Source of the DNA: Mobula hypostoma
Lineage: Eukaryota
Direction of reading: 5' to 3'
NCBI RefSeq assembly: GCF_963921235.1
Contig: NC_086109.1
Coordinates: 12,090,001 to 12,154,000, forward strand
Length of the DNA: 64,000 nt
Below, in pieces: positions 13,401-26,500 of the stretch (its first letter is position 1; every line of letters begins with the position of its first letter). Under the pieces are notes generated by a model. That model ran no database searches, was not told the DNA's origin, and saw nothing but the letters and a program-made list of their open reading frames with translations. A program made the translations under genes and the position numbers.

Positions 13401-14705
13401 AGTTCATATCAGCTTCAGTTTTGGGCCCCATTCATAAAAACCATTTATTTCCTCCCTCCACATTTGATTCAGCTTTCAGACAACGGGGTTTGAATGGTCT
13501 TATGCGCATTAAGGATTTGTATACTGATAACATATTTGATAGTTTTGATAACCTGCTCGGTGAGTATGGCCTTCCGCATAATTATATTTTTAAATACCTG
13601 CAGATTCGCCACTTTGTCAAGGAAAATTTTCCCTCTTTTCCTGATCTACCACCTGCTATCTTATGGGAAAAACTCACTCTTAGCTTTAACAATAAAGGGC
13701 TGATCTCTGAACTATACTCTCAGCTGATGTCTTTGGGAGTTCAAGATCTAAACCAAACTAAGAGTAGGTGGGAGGATGACCTCGGTATGGATCTGGCGGA
13801 GGAATATTGGGCAAAAGTATTGAATAGGGTTCATTTCTCATCATCATGTGCTAGACTGGGGTTCATACAATTTGAAGTTTTACACAGGGTACATTTATGT
13901 AAAGCCAGACTTGCAGACATACACCCTGGGACAGTCGCTGGCTGTGACAGGTGTTCCTTCTCTCCGGCTGGTTTAGTATATGCATTTTGGTCATGCCCTC
14001 GGCTTGATAACTATTGGGCACTGGTTTTTAAAATTATCAGTGAGGTTTTGGGGGTGACACTGAGACCTTGCCCGCTTATAGCTGTATTTGATGTGGCAGA
14101 TGATGATTTGGGTTTAAATGCAAGCCAGTCGGATATCATTGCATTTACATCGCTATTGGCCCGTAGGAGAATTTTGCTGGTTTGGAAATCTGCCAATCCC
14201 CCAACTGCTGCTGCTTGGTTAGAAGATGTAATGTTTTTTCTGAAATTAGAAAAGATTAAATTCAATTTGAGGGGGTCTGTGAAAAAGTTCTATTCGAAAT
14301 GGGGACCTTTCTTATCATATTTTGGGAGTCTTAAGGAATTACCTACCAGTTGAGGGCATTTGATTGTACTTAGGAAGTTGCCTCCCATTTAACAGGCTTA
14401 TAATTTACCTCACAAGGTGGTTGATGAATTGTAAATATGAGTGTATTTTGGATCATCTGACATGTTGCAGATGTGTGTGAGCCGTCGTCTTGAAGTAGTG
14501 TGGGGGTATGGTTGTGAAATGTCCGTACTTGTATTTGTGAATTGTTGTGTTGTAAATATATTAGCTGCCATGATATGTTCGGGGAGGGTGGGTGGCGGGA
14601 GGTTTGTTTTGGGGGTACGATATTAAAGCAAAATGGAGGAAAATGCAATTCATTATATATTCTGTATTGTGTCATTCCTTCAATAAAAATAAAAAAATAA
14701 AAAAG
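10434..14705 (+). mobile_element. L1-clade LINE, 5'-truncated at the start of ORF2, frameshifted
   Basis: APE motifs FISWNVKGLN, FLQETH and YSRLDYF; RT motifs GKSPGPDG, RGTRQGCPLSP and SLYADDLLL; C-terminal CDRC..FWSC; AATAAA and an A-rich tail at 14681-14705. Confidence 0.95.
12759..12886 (+). mobile_element. Short CR1 3'-tail insertion nested in the L1
   Basis: Flanked by TAACTA at 12753-12758 and 12887-12892. Ends GGGCTGAAGGGCCTGTACTGTGCTGTACTATGTTC and interrupts L1 ORF2. Confidence 0.8.
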
Positions 14706-14820
14706 AAAAGGCAAGATCTGATTTGGGATAGTCAACATTATTTTGTGCATGGGAAATCTTCTCTCTAACAATATGACTGAGTTTTTTGATGATGGAAGCA
14801 GTCAGATTGTGATAGTGAGG
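14706..14820 (+). repeat. Right copy of 115-bp target-site duplication
   Basis: Begins immediately after the L1 A-tail and matches 10319-10433. Confidence 0.85.
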
Positions 14821-15789
14821 AGTGGGTTTTCTGACAACATCAGACTTTATCACCAGTGGTGTGACACTGGGATCAGTGCTGTTATTTGTTAACCACTGTT
14901 ATTTGTCATCGATATGAATAGTTTGTAATGATAATGCAGGTGACATGATTAATAATGTGTGGATGACACTGTAGTGCGGTGGACGGTGAAAAGAGTTGTC
15001 GAAGTTTACAAAGGGACCTGGAAAATGATCCAGTGTTCAACCCCATTACTCTGTGCCAGCAACGACCCCCAGGTGAGCCTGTTCCATCTGCCTGCATTTG
15101 ACCCATCTCCGTCTCTTCTCGCTACTACCATCAGGTGGGAGGTGCTGGAGTCTAGGGGCCCACACCACCAGGTTTGTCAGCACTTGGTGATCTGCAGCTA
15201 TCGGGCTCCTGGATTGGCTTCACTCATCTCAGTGTGAACGGACTCTGCAGCTGCAGAGTCACTTTCAGGGACTCTGCGTCTCATGCTCCATGTATTCATT
15301 GTTTACATATTTTCATTATTTGCACCATTCATCCTCTTTTGCATATTAGATGTTTGTCAGTCTTTGTAGTGTGTGGTTTGTTGTGGATTCTATTGTGTGA
15401 CTTTGTTTTGTGGGTATCTGCAAAAAGATGAATCTCTAGATTGTTTATAGTATACATAGTTTGGTAATAAAATTACTTTGAATTTTGAACTAGGGAAGTG
15501 GCCAATGGAACAGGTGATGGAATTGAACTCAGGCATTCTGGGAAATTAAACAAGGACACAACTTACACTGTAGGGAATGAGGTGTGCAACTACATTGGTC
15601 CCTGAAAGTGGCAACACAGGTGGACAAAGTGTTGAACAAGGAGTATGACCGGTTTGCCTTCTTTGGATGGTGATATTAAGTACAGTTGGAATGGCATGTT
15701 ACAACTATAAAAGATGTTGACAAGGTCTCACCTTGTCTACCCTGTGCAGTTCCAGAAGACGTGCGTGATTAAGTTAGAGAAGGTACAGA

Positions 15790-16605
15790 AAACACTGGAA
15801 CCAGAAATGCAATTTTCATGCTACAGATGATATGTGAACGAGCCATCCAGGTACAGAAAGACATCTCCCTAAGTATCATCGACTATACAAAAGCTTTTGA
15901 CGCTATCAGACAGAAAGATCTTCTGGAAATGCTTCAAGACCTTGACATAGATGGGAAAGATATACGTTTCTTAAGAAACTTATACTGGGACCAGACAGCG
16001 TCCATCAGAATAGAAGGAGAAGTGAGTGGGTATGTGAATATCATGAGAGGAGTCAGGCACGGTTGTGTCTTTTCGCCAGACTTACTCAACCTGTATAGTG
16101 AAAATATCTTGAGAAGTATCAGAAACATCAAAGAATTCACAATTGGAGGACATAATATATGCTGATATATTACAATCAGATTTGCTGATGACATCGTACT
16201 AATAGCTGACTCAGAAACAAAACTTCAAGAACTACTCACTATAGTGGCAGCAGAAAGTAATCGCAGAGGCCTCTCAATCAATACCAATAAGACAGAGAGC
16301 ATGGTCATCTCCAGAGAGACAAACATCCCACAATGTGTGATCAAGATCGGAAATACAAACATCAAACAAGTCAACAAATTCAGATATCTTGGCAGCCTAA
16401 TAACAAGTAATGGCAGGTGTGACACAGATATCAAATACAGAATAGCAATGGTGAAAGAAGCTTTCCAAGAAATGAAGACCGTATTAACAAACAGAAAGAT
16501 GAGCACATACACTAAAAACAGAATACTGCAGTGCTACATTTATTCTATCCTGACTTATGGAAGTGAATACTGGACCATTTCCCCAGCAATGGAAAAGAGA
16601 CTAGA
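15790..16605 (+). mobile_element. RTE-clade LINE RT fragment
   Basis: GTRNAIFMLQMICER...IDYTKAFD...GVRHGCVFSPDLLNLYSE...RFADDIVLIA...FRYLGSLIT. Absent from the paralogous block. Confidence 0.9.
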
Positions 16606-17834
16606 ATTTCAAAATTCAAAGTATATTTAATGCCCAATTATGAATACTATATACAGCCTTCAGATATTCTCTTTACAAGCAGCCGTGAAACAAAAAAAAC
16701 TATAGAATCCTTTAAAAAACACTGTCAAACACACAATGTGTAGTAAAAACATTAAATCATGCAAAGAACAAAAGTAAGTAAATAAATTTGGAACTGAAAT
16801 TCACAAATGTGAGTCCACAGCCATAAAGCCAGTCATCACTGCAGCCAGTTAAGGAGCCGTTAATTACAAGTCACCAGCTCAGTTCAGCACAGAGACAGGT
16901 AAACCTCGTGGAGCAGCAAACTGAAGACTTGCCCATCCTTCGCATAGGACTGACATTCCTATACTGTTTTACATGAATTTTGAAAGCTTATTATCCTATT
17001 CACAGCCATGAAATGCAGCAGCCTTGTTCATATCTGTACATAGACTCAAATAGAAGGTATGGGTTCCCTTCCTGTATCTCAAAGTGAGCGAGGTATTTTA
17101 ATCAGCAACCTGAATCTCAGTTTAAGTAGTCAATGATTCACTTGGACTGTTCATGAAATTCTAAAGATAGTGATGACCATAAGACAATGGGACCATAAGA
17201 CACAGGAGCAGAATTAAACCACTTTGCCATAGAGTCTGCCCTATCATTCCATCAAGGTTGAGTTATTATCCCACTCAATCCCATTCTCCTGATTTCTCCC
17301 CATAATCTTTGATGCCTTTACTAAACACAAAACTATCGTGCTCCATTTGCAATAAACCCAATGAGTTAGCCTCAAAAGCCGTCTGTGATAATTAATTCCA
17401 CAGATTCAACACCCTCTGGCTAAATAAACTCCTCATCTCCATTCTAATGAATGGAGTCAGTACGTTGTACATGTGGAATGCGTGGTGTTTCCCCTGGGTG
17501 GTCCCATTTCCTCCCACAGTCCACAGACAATTTGGAAAGATTAACTGGTCTTTGTAGATTGTCCTGTGATTAAAATATAGTTAATCAAGTTTGTCGAGGG
17601 TCGCTGGGCCTTTGTGGCTTGAAGGGCCGGAAGGACCTACTCTGCATTCTATCAGTAAATAAATAAAAGAAAGGAACATCCTTGCTTTCTGAGGATGATT
17701 TTTCAGACAAGATTTCCCCATATGGAAACCAGATTTTATCAAATCCCTCCAAGTACCCCCAAACCTTGTTCTTAATAATGGACTTGAAGGGTGGAGCAAA
17801 GTCAAGATGGTGCTAAATGGCAACTGCTTTGAAA

Positions 17835-18380
17835 CATGGAAACATAGAAAACCTACAGCACAATACAGGCCCTTCAGCCCACAATGAGGTGCTGAACATG
17901 TACGTACTTTACAAATTACCTAGGGTGACATGTACCTATCCAGGAGTCTCTTAAAAGACCCTATCCACCACTGTCGCCAGCAGCCCATTCCATGCACTCA
18001 CCACTCTCTGCGTAACAGACTTACCCCTGACATCGCCTCTGTACGTACTTCCAAGAAACTTAAAACTGTGCCCTCTCATGTTAGTCATTTCAGCCCTGGG
18101 AGAAAGCCTCTGACTACCCACACGATCAATGCCTCTCATCATCTTATACACCTCTATCAGGTCACCTCTCATCCTCTGCCGCTCCAAGGAGAAAAGGCCG
18201 AATTCATTCAACCTGTTCTCATAAGGCATGCTCCCCAATCCAAGAAACATCCTTATAAATCTCCTCTGCACGCTTTCTATAGTTTCCACATCCTTCCTGT
18301 ACTGAGGTGAACAGAACTGAGCACAGTACTTCAAGTGGGGTCTCTCCAGGGTCCGATATAGCTGTAACATTACCACTTTG
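17835..18380 (-). mobile_element. CR1 LINE 3' fragment
   Basis: YRTLERPHLKYCAQF...GLFSLERQRMRGDLIEVYK...TQRVVSAWNGL plus 3' tail. Paralog at 40545-41095. Confidence 0.9.
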
Positions 18381-19034
18381 CTTGCATCTTTGGAAATGGT
18401 TCTATTCCTGTTTTTTATATATATATATTTTTTCCTTATCAAGGTTCTCTGACTCTGACTCTGACTTTGGATATTTGTGGAAATGGGACCCACTATCAGG
18501 TCCTTATGACAGGCCTGGAAGACTAGCGTGTATTCAGGGTGCCGGATTTTTGTGGCTCTGGGGACAGGCTGATTCTCGGCTGGTGCCCCTGACTGAGGCG
18601 TCACTGGAGAACATGGAACATGGAACATCAGGAGCAGTGGGTTAGCTGCCGGCTGTGGGTCCTGAGACCTGAGCCCTGGGGCCGACCCTCTGGGCACTGA
18701 GCTCGGAAAAAGCGATGCAACAGTCATTTAACATTATAAATCAACGAGTTATTTGTTATATGTCCCCTCTCGCTGAGATACGGGTTCACCTCTTTTTCCC
18801 TTAGGGAGAGAACGACCCTGTAGTATGTCGAATTACTGGGTGAACGAGTCTTTGGGGTACTGCAAGTCTACGTCTTTATTGATGCTTTGCTGCATGCTTC
18901 AGTGCTCGGTGGAGGGTGTTGGTGCTTTTTTTGCTCATGTGGGAAGGAGGAGGGTCATTGCCTAGCAGCTGCTTGTGAATGGGTGGGGAGAGCTGGGGGG
19001 CGGTTTTAGGGTTCTAACGTTCAACTGTCATTCA

Positions 19035-20350
19035 TGATGTGACCTTTCACATCATGAGACCCTGGAGAGACTCGTTCTGGAGCTGCTCCGACCTATGGTG
19101 AGGCCACACTTAGATCCCCCCCAGTTCGCCTACCAGCCCCGACTAGGAGTTGAGGATGCCATCGTCTACTGTGTCTATGCCCACCTGGACAAGCCAGCGA
19201 GCACTGTGAGGGTCATGTTTTTTGACTTCTCCAGTGCGTTCAACACCATCCGCCCTGCTCTGCTGGGGGAGAAGCTGACAGCGATGCAGATGGATGCTTC
19301 CCTGGTACCATGGATTCTTGATTACCTGACTAGCAGACCACAGTACGTGTGCTTGCAACACTGTGTCGGACAGAGTGATCAGCAGCACTGGGGCTCCACA
19401 GGGGACTGTCTTGTCTCCCTTTCCCTTCACCATTTACACCTTGGACTTCAACTACTGCACAGAGTCTTGTCATCTTCAGAAGTTTTGGGATGACTCTACC
19501 ATAGTTGGATGCATCAGCAAGGGAGATGAGGCTGAGTACAGGGCTACGGTAGGAAACTTTGTCACATGGTGTGAGCAGAATTATCTGCAGCTTAATGTGA
19601 AAAAGACTAAGGAGCTGGTGGTAGACCTGAGGAGAGCTAAGGTACCGGTGACCCCTGTTTCCATCCAGGAGATCAATGTGGACATGGTGGAGGATTACAA
19701 ATACCTGGGGATACGAATTGACAATAAACTGGACTGGTCTAAGAACACTGAGGCTGTCTAAAAGAAGGGTTAGAGCCGTCTCTATTTCCTGAGGAGACTG
19801 AGGTCCTTTAACATCTGCCGGACGATGCTGAGGATGTTCTACACGTCTGTGGTGGCCAGTGCTATCATGTTTGCTGTTGTGTGCTGGGGCAGCAGGCTGA
19901 GGGTAGTAGACACCAACAGAATCAACAAACTCATTCGTAAGGCCAGTGATGTTGTGGGGATGGAACTGGACTCTCTCACAGTGGTGTCTGAAAAGAAGAT
20001 GCTGTCTAAGTTGCATGTCATCTTGGTCAATGTATTCTATCCACTACATAATGTACCGGGTGGGCACAGGAGTACATTCAGCCAGAGACTCATTCCTCCG
20101 AGATGTAGCACAGAGTGTCATAGGAAGTCATTCCTGCCTGTAGCCATCAAACTTTACAACTCCTCCCTTGGAGGGTCAGACATCCCGAGCCGATAGGCTG
20201 GGTCCTGGACTTATTTCATAATTTACTGGCATAATTTACATATTACTATTTAACTATATATGGTTCTATTACTATTTATTATTTATGGTGCAACTGTAAC
20301 GAAAACCAATTTCCCCCGGGATCAATAATGTATGACTATGACTATGACTA
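19035..20350 (+). mobile_element. Rex1/Babar LINE, 5'-truncated
   Basis: FFDFSSAFNTI, GAPQGTVLSPF, KFWDD (degenerate RT dyad), YKYLG and an (ATGACT)n tail at 20332-20350. The empty site is at ~41776 in block B. Confidence 0.9.
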
Positions 20351-20769
20351 TTCTTTGGGCCATTCCTCTGTTTTTGTGGATGTTTGCAAAGAAAAAGCTT
20401 GTTCTTGATAATGGACTCCAACATCTTCCTAACCACAGATGTCATGCTAACTGTTCTATAATTTCCTTTCTTTTGCCTCCGTTCCTGCTTAAAGAGTGGA
20501 ATGACACTTTCAAATTTCCAGTGCTCTGGAATTCTCTCAACTTGTCTGGAAGTGCAATTCCAACTATGTTTTAGATGCTCCACATCTTCATCGAGGAAGT
20601 GATGGACCTCACTGTTCACAACACCTTATTTCCACCCCATGGTGGCTGCAATGTGTAGCTTCTACAAATGCAAAGAAATTTCTTACCCTCACTAGAAGTA
20701 TAAGAGCAGCAGTAACAGAGTAACAAAAAGAAATATTTAAATGTATCCTCCCTTGAAAGGAGGACTTAC

Positions 20770-21090
20770 TGGTGCCATTGATTTCTGTCACATAGCTGCA
20801 GATCTCTCCGTTGTCGAAGACTGTCACATTAACCATTGCACTGGATCTTGCTCCAAGCCAATTCGAGGCACTGCAGTAATATTGATGGTGCAGCTGTTTG
20901 AAGGATTGACGATGTAGAGCCAGTTTATTGGTATCTGAGATCTTTGGATGCCCAGATGAGGTTTGTTCATACCATGTGTACTGAATGGGAAGGGATCCCT
21001 GGAGAGACTCACAGGAAACTGACACTGAGCCCCCGAGACGTGAGACATTTGCTGGTGACAGATATTGAAGCACAGGAACAGACACAGGTT
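20770..21090 (-). CDS. Ig C2-type domain exon (C2-2)
   Basis: Acceptor ttctttcccacag| and donor |gtaagt; 321 nt, phase 1-1, open. Translation PVSVPVLQY...VSVSCESLQGSLPIQYTWYE...YYCSASNWLGARSS. Confidence 0.9.
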
Positions 21091-21140
21091 CTGTGGGAAA
21101 GAATTACACAATCAGACACTGAATGAACATCTGAAAATCA

Positions 21141-21695
21141 TACACGCTTCTGCCACTTTATTAGACACACCTGTTCACCCGCTCATTAATGCAAATATCT
21201 AATTGGTGAGTCATGTGGCAGCAATACAGTCCATTTAAACATGCAAAGACAAGAGGTCTGTCTCTGTCTCGACCAGACATCAGAATGAGGAAGAAAGGTG
21301 ACTTTGACCGTGAAATAATTGTTGGGGCCTGATGGTGTCGTTAGATAATCTCAGAAACTACTGATCTTCTGGGATTTTCACCCACAACGGTCTCTAGAGG
21401 TTACAAAGAACGGTGTTACAAAGAACATAAATAAAACATCCAGTGAGCAGCAATTCTGTGAACAAAAATACCTTGTTAATGAGAGAGGTCAGAGGAGAAA
21501 GGCCAGACTGGTTCAAGCTGACAGAAAGGTGACAGGAATTCAAATAACCGGGTGTTATGACAGTGGTGTGCTGAAGAGCATCTGAAAATACAACATATCG
21601 AACCTTGAAGTGGATGGGCCACAGAAGCAGAAGACCAGGAACATCCAATCAGTGGCCACTTTATTAGGTGTAGGAGGTACCAAATAACGTTGCTC
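21141..21695 (+). mobile_element. Tc1/mariner non-autonomous deletion derivative
   Basis: TIR-like GCCACTTTATTAG at ~21152, decayed transposase N-terminus (ATGAGGAAGAAAGGTGA...GAAACTACTGATCTTCTGGGATTTTCAC), and a second CAGTGGCCACTTTATTAGGT at ~21651. Paralog at 42770-43320. Confidence 0.75.
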
Positions 21696-21710
21696 TTGCT
21701 TGTTTAAAGA

Positions 21711-21980
21711 CAGTGATGTGAGATATCTGTCAAGTGTTTGCTGTCTTTCAGGAGAAAATGATATTGTGACTGGGTTTAATGAGGGAAACATGTGGCATTG
21801 ATTTTAATGCAGATATAGTGAGGGATGGACAGGGTGGGGACAAAGATCATGAGATATTAACTTTACTTGTAAATGTAAATTAAATCTCCTATTGAAAATT
21901 GGTCTTATAATTCCACAGTAATGTGAGATATCTGTTTGGTGGCTTTCAGGAGATAATTAATTTGTGACTGGGTTCAGTGG
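21711..21980. repeat. ~205-bp intronic tandem repeat, second unit cut at the duplication junction
   Basis: CAGT(G/A)ATGTGAGATATCTG at 21711 and 21916. The same period is seen at 43332 and 43537, where unit 2 continues to ~43700. Confidence 0.75.
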
Positions 21981-22387
21981 GTACAAGATGAATGGTGACT
22001 TTTGGGACAGAGTATAATTGTGATTGGTTTCAGTGACCTATAGCAGCAAGGGAACCCGTGAGTATTAGTAACGATATGAAGCCAAAAAGGAATCATATGT
22101 GACTGGAGAACTAGAAAGACCATAGGCCATAAGACCATAAGATATAGGAGCAGAATTAGACCATTCAGTCCATTGAGTCTGCTCCACCATTCAATCATGG
22201 CTGATTTATTATCCCTCTAAATCTATTCTCCTGCCTTCTCTTTGTAACTGTCGAGGCCCTTAAGAATCTACCTCTTCTTTAAATATACCCAATGATTTGG
22301 CCTCCCCAGCTGCATGTGGCAATGCATTACACAGATTCATAAGCTTTTTTTTAAAGAGATTCCCCCTCATCTCTCTTTTCAAGGACA

Positions 22388-22990
22388 TGTAATCCTCAGC
22401 TATATTGGCTCGTATTTATCTCGGGGAAACCCCGTCCGCCACCCAACCTTGTCTCCCAATTACGCCGGTTGCTGTGTAATGCCACCTGATTTGGCTTCAA
22501 ACATCAATCATCAGCCAGCACACAATGTACGTTTTTCAAATTACACTTTATAAATCTTACTAGGACTATGAGATTAATAGAGGTACAATTTTAAAAGGAA
22601 CAGGAAAAAGGTGCCAAACTTATCAAAGTTCGATTTCTTAGTGCACACAGTTGGAGCTCGGAATCTTCTTTCTTCCCCCTGAGATCCGTTCTGACCCCGT
22701 CAACTCGCAGCTTGGGACTAACCGAAGTGATGGACCAAAGCACTTCCAGCACGTCCGTCATCTTCCCGGTCTCTCCTCTAACTCCCCCCCAAAACCCCCG
22801 TTTCCCAGCCATATGAGACAGCATATCACCCCACGAAAGAATAACGTGGACACCCATTGGTTCATTTGCACTTTTATCGCTAACATAACCCAAGCGAACT
22901 ACTAGCCAGAGAACTTTCTCAGCATTTAACATAACAACGAAGCCATTTTGATTAACATACGCAGTAACATAAAAGAAGAAACTCCTTACA
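22388..22990 (-). repeat. 3' LTR (603 bp)
   Basis: TGTAAT...CCTTACA. The adjacent CTCTCCCCCC at 22991-23000 is the polypurine tract on the minus strand. Confidence 0.9.
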
Positions 22991-23589
22991 CTCTCCCCCC
23001 ACCAAAAAAAAAGTCATGCCCTCATGACATTAACAGAGTTCACCATTGCTCCTTGCAACGCACAAAAACCAACCCAGGTGCATAAAGCAGTGACATAACT
23101 TCCCAGAGCAATAGCGATCACACCCTGTTCTCCTGGCACTGTGTAGGTCAGCCTCTCCGGGGTGGGGGTGTTACTTCCCTGAGGCCTCTGTACGTCCTCT
23201 GCCGACCCTTCCAGCTCAGACACCACAGGTGATACCCCGGGCCTACCTGTCAGACCCTCACCCTCTCCCTCACTGGGACCCCTCAGCTCCTGTGAGCCCT
23301 CTATCTCGGGTTTTGGTTCCACCCTTTCTTACCCCAATGTGAGCTGTATCTCAGGCTGCCCCTCAACACCCTCCCTCCTCTCACCTAACTCAGTGGGGCA
23401 AGGGCCAGGAGCCTCTTCTTCCGATACCGAAGAATTAGTGAACGGAAACAGGTGCCACACTTCCGAATCTTTGTCTTCCAATGAATTATCCCTCTCTGGA
23501 TTGGGGACCGGTCCCATCTCTTTCACAGTGGGCTCTTCCCTCGCCCCGTGCCCTCGCAGAGTCCTCGCACTAGGCGTAAACTCCCATTA

Positions 23590-26500
23590 GGGCTCTTGGT
23601 CTACCTGCACCTCTCGACCCAGAGGCAACAGGTGGTGCTGATGGAGTACTCTGACAGGCCCCTTCCCATCCTCGGGTCTCACCTGGTAAACAGGTAGATT
23701 CGGCGTCTGGCTCTCTACCACATAGGGGGTGGCCGCCCAGCGATCGGCCAACTTGTGCTTACCGGGCAGTCCTACGTTTCGTATAAGGACCCGGTCTCCC
23801 GGCAATAGTTGGGCGAACTTCACTTTCTGATCATACCTCCTCTTATTCCCCTGATTCTGCTTGGTGGCTGCCGCCTCAGCCAACTCGTACACCCTTTTCA
23901 ACTCTCTCCTCATATCGGATACGTACTTCAGACATGGCTTCAAAGGTAATTCACCTGCTTCAGTCCCAAAACACAGATCAATGGGCAATCTTGCTTCCCA
24001 CCCGAACATCAGATAATAGGGCGAGTACCCCGTAGCGTCATTGCGAGTACAATTGTAACAGTGAACCAAATGCCCGATGTGCTGACTCCACTTACTCTTC
24101 TAACCGATCTCCAAAGTCTCCAGCAGGTCCAACAGGGTCCGGTTAAACCTGTCGGGCTGAAGATCACCCTGCGGGTGATAGGGGGTGGTCCTGGATTTCT
24201 CGACCCTAAGCATACCCAGTAATTCATGGATAAGCCTGCTCTCGAAGTCCTGTCCCTAATCGCTATGGATCCGCTTGGGGAGGCCATAATGAACAAAGTA
24301 CTTCTCCCATAACACCTTCGCCACTGTAGTCGCTTTCTGGTCCTTAGTGGACATATCTAGTGTAGTGATCCATGATGACTAAGACATTCACGGTGTTGCT
24401 GGTGTCTGGCTCAATAGACAGGAAATCCATACACACCAGGTCCATTTCTTACAGTAATCTTCAACCTCCCCCCTCTTCCGGGGCCAGTATAACCGGTCCT
24501 TGAGTAATCCATAGGTCTTTTCCACCCCCAGGTGCCTGGAATCATCATGTAGTGCCTGGAGCACAGTCTTCCGATACTTCTCAGGCATGACCAGCTGCCA
24601 ACGCTGGTGCTGGTCTGGGGGCGGTGGGGGGGTGACTTGACTCGGTACAAAACTTGGTTCTTCAGCTTTAACCGAGGCCAATCCTTCAGTAGTAAGGGCA
24701 CGGAGGCGTATCCCTCTTTTTAACCGCGTACCAGATAGTGCCAATGCTTGGGTCATCACGCTGAGCCGCCCCCACTTCCTTGGGGCTCACCTCCGGCAGT
24801 TGCCTGTTCCTCAGAGCAGTCAAATTACAGTAAACAGAGGGTAGCACATCATCATCAGCCCCCAGTTAATCCACTGCCCGATCCGGCCCCATCGGGGCTC
24901 CTGCTTCAGCATCGCTCACAAATTGACACATGTCCTTCACTCCCGGGGCAGGGACACTCTTCCACTCCTCAGCCGTGCCCGACTCGTCGTGCGCCCAACG
25001 AGATAGCGTATCTGCATCGATGTTCCGACTCCCCGGCCGGTACTTCAGGCTGAGCTCATAGACCGACAAGGCCACCAACCACCGATGCCCAGTGGCGTCC
25101 AGTTTTGCCAAGGTCAGGATATAAGTGAGAGGGTTGTCGTCCGTTCTCACCTCAAACTTGGCCCCTTATAGATAGTCGCTCAATTAGTCCACCACCACCC
25201 ATTTCAGCGCCAGGAACTCCAACTTGTGAGTGGGATAGTTTCTCTCAGATGGCGAAAAGATCGGCTGACAAACGCTACCGGCCTCAATCCGTTGCCCTGT
25301 TCCTGGTACAGGACAGCCCCCAGACCCTCTCGACTGGCATCAGTGTGCAGCACATACGGCATCCTGGGATCAGCAAAAGCCAGCACCAGGGCTTGTGTCA
25401 GCGCCCTTTTCAGAGATTGGAACGCTTCCTCACATTGAGCATCCCACCTTGATCCAAAAGGCTCTGCCGAGTTCAAGTATCCTCCTGCCTCCTGCCCTCG
25501 GTCTCTCTTCCTTTTCTTCCCCACAGGTGGATAGCCACACAACAGGAATCGCTGGTAGTACCCACAGAACCCCAAAAACGAGCACAGGGCACTAACTTTC
25601 TGGGGTCTCGGCCAGGTGGTCACTGCGCCTATCTTAGCTGGATCAGTAGCCATTCCATTTCACGAAGTTAGGTGTCCAACATAGCCGACCGATGGCTTAC
25701 AGAACTGGCATTTATCCAGGGAAAGTTTCAACCCTTCCTCCTTCAGCCCGCTTAACACCTTCAGCAGCTGCTCCTCATGTTCCTCCGACGTAGATCCAAA
25801 CACTATCAGGTCATCCAGATACATCAACACCTCCAGTAGGTTCATAACCCCCACCGTCCTCTCCATGAGCCGCTGGAAGGTGGCTGGGGCCCCGGATAAG
25901 CCTTGGGGCATTCGTTCGAACTGAAAGAATCCCAGGGGGCAGATAAAGGTCGTCTTCTCTTTATCAACCTCACTCATCGGAATCTGGTAATACCCACTCC
26001 GCAAATCCAATACACTAAACCACTGCGCACCACTCAGACAGGCCAACGCGTCTTCAACCCTCGGGACCGTATATTGGTCGGGAACCGTGCGCCAGTTCAG
26101 GGTCCTATAGTCCACGCACATGCGTACCTTCCCATTTTTCTTCCTAGCCACTACTATGGGGGACTGCTCGATAATCCCTGCATCCTTCAACTGCCGCACA
26201 TCTTCCACAACTGCTGGGGCCAACCGCCGCGACCTTTCTCTAAACGGGGTGTTATTTGTCACCTGAATAGTGTGACGAGTGCTCTTGGAACAGCCCACAT
26301 CAAACTCGCCCTGAGAAAAGACATCCCCTATCTTCAGCATTTTCTCCACCAGCCTGCTCTTATACTCCAGCTGTAAAGGGGAGTCCTTAAAATTAAAGGC
26401 CTCCTCGGTCAGCCGCCCCCTGTTCTCCAATAGTTCTCCTCCAGTGGGCCTCACGGGGGTGCTAGACATCACCGTCACCGAGAACAAGTGTGCAAGGGGC

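Larger units (their letters stand above)
7855..21980. repeat. Tandem segmental duplication, block A (V1 exon, intron, C2-2 exon)
   Basis: Colinear similarity to 21981-43601 once copy-specific TEs are removed: 7855-8260~21981-22387, 8300-10433~30300-32441, 14706-15790~32329-33410, 16605-19035~39310-41775, 20350-21980~41776-43601. Confidence 0.9.

Noticed and set aside
17142-17160. 19-nt micro-exon candidate, also at 39847-39865
   Set aside because: It is frame-shifting with no compensating exon seen. Its presence in both copies is explained by the recent duplication.
20613-20661. Possible 49-nt exon (ATHCSHHGVEIRCCE) after C2-2
   Set aside because: Phase 1 to 2 would break the frame without a partner exon, and the acceptor AG is AA in the block B paralog.
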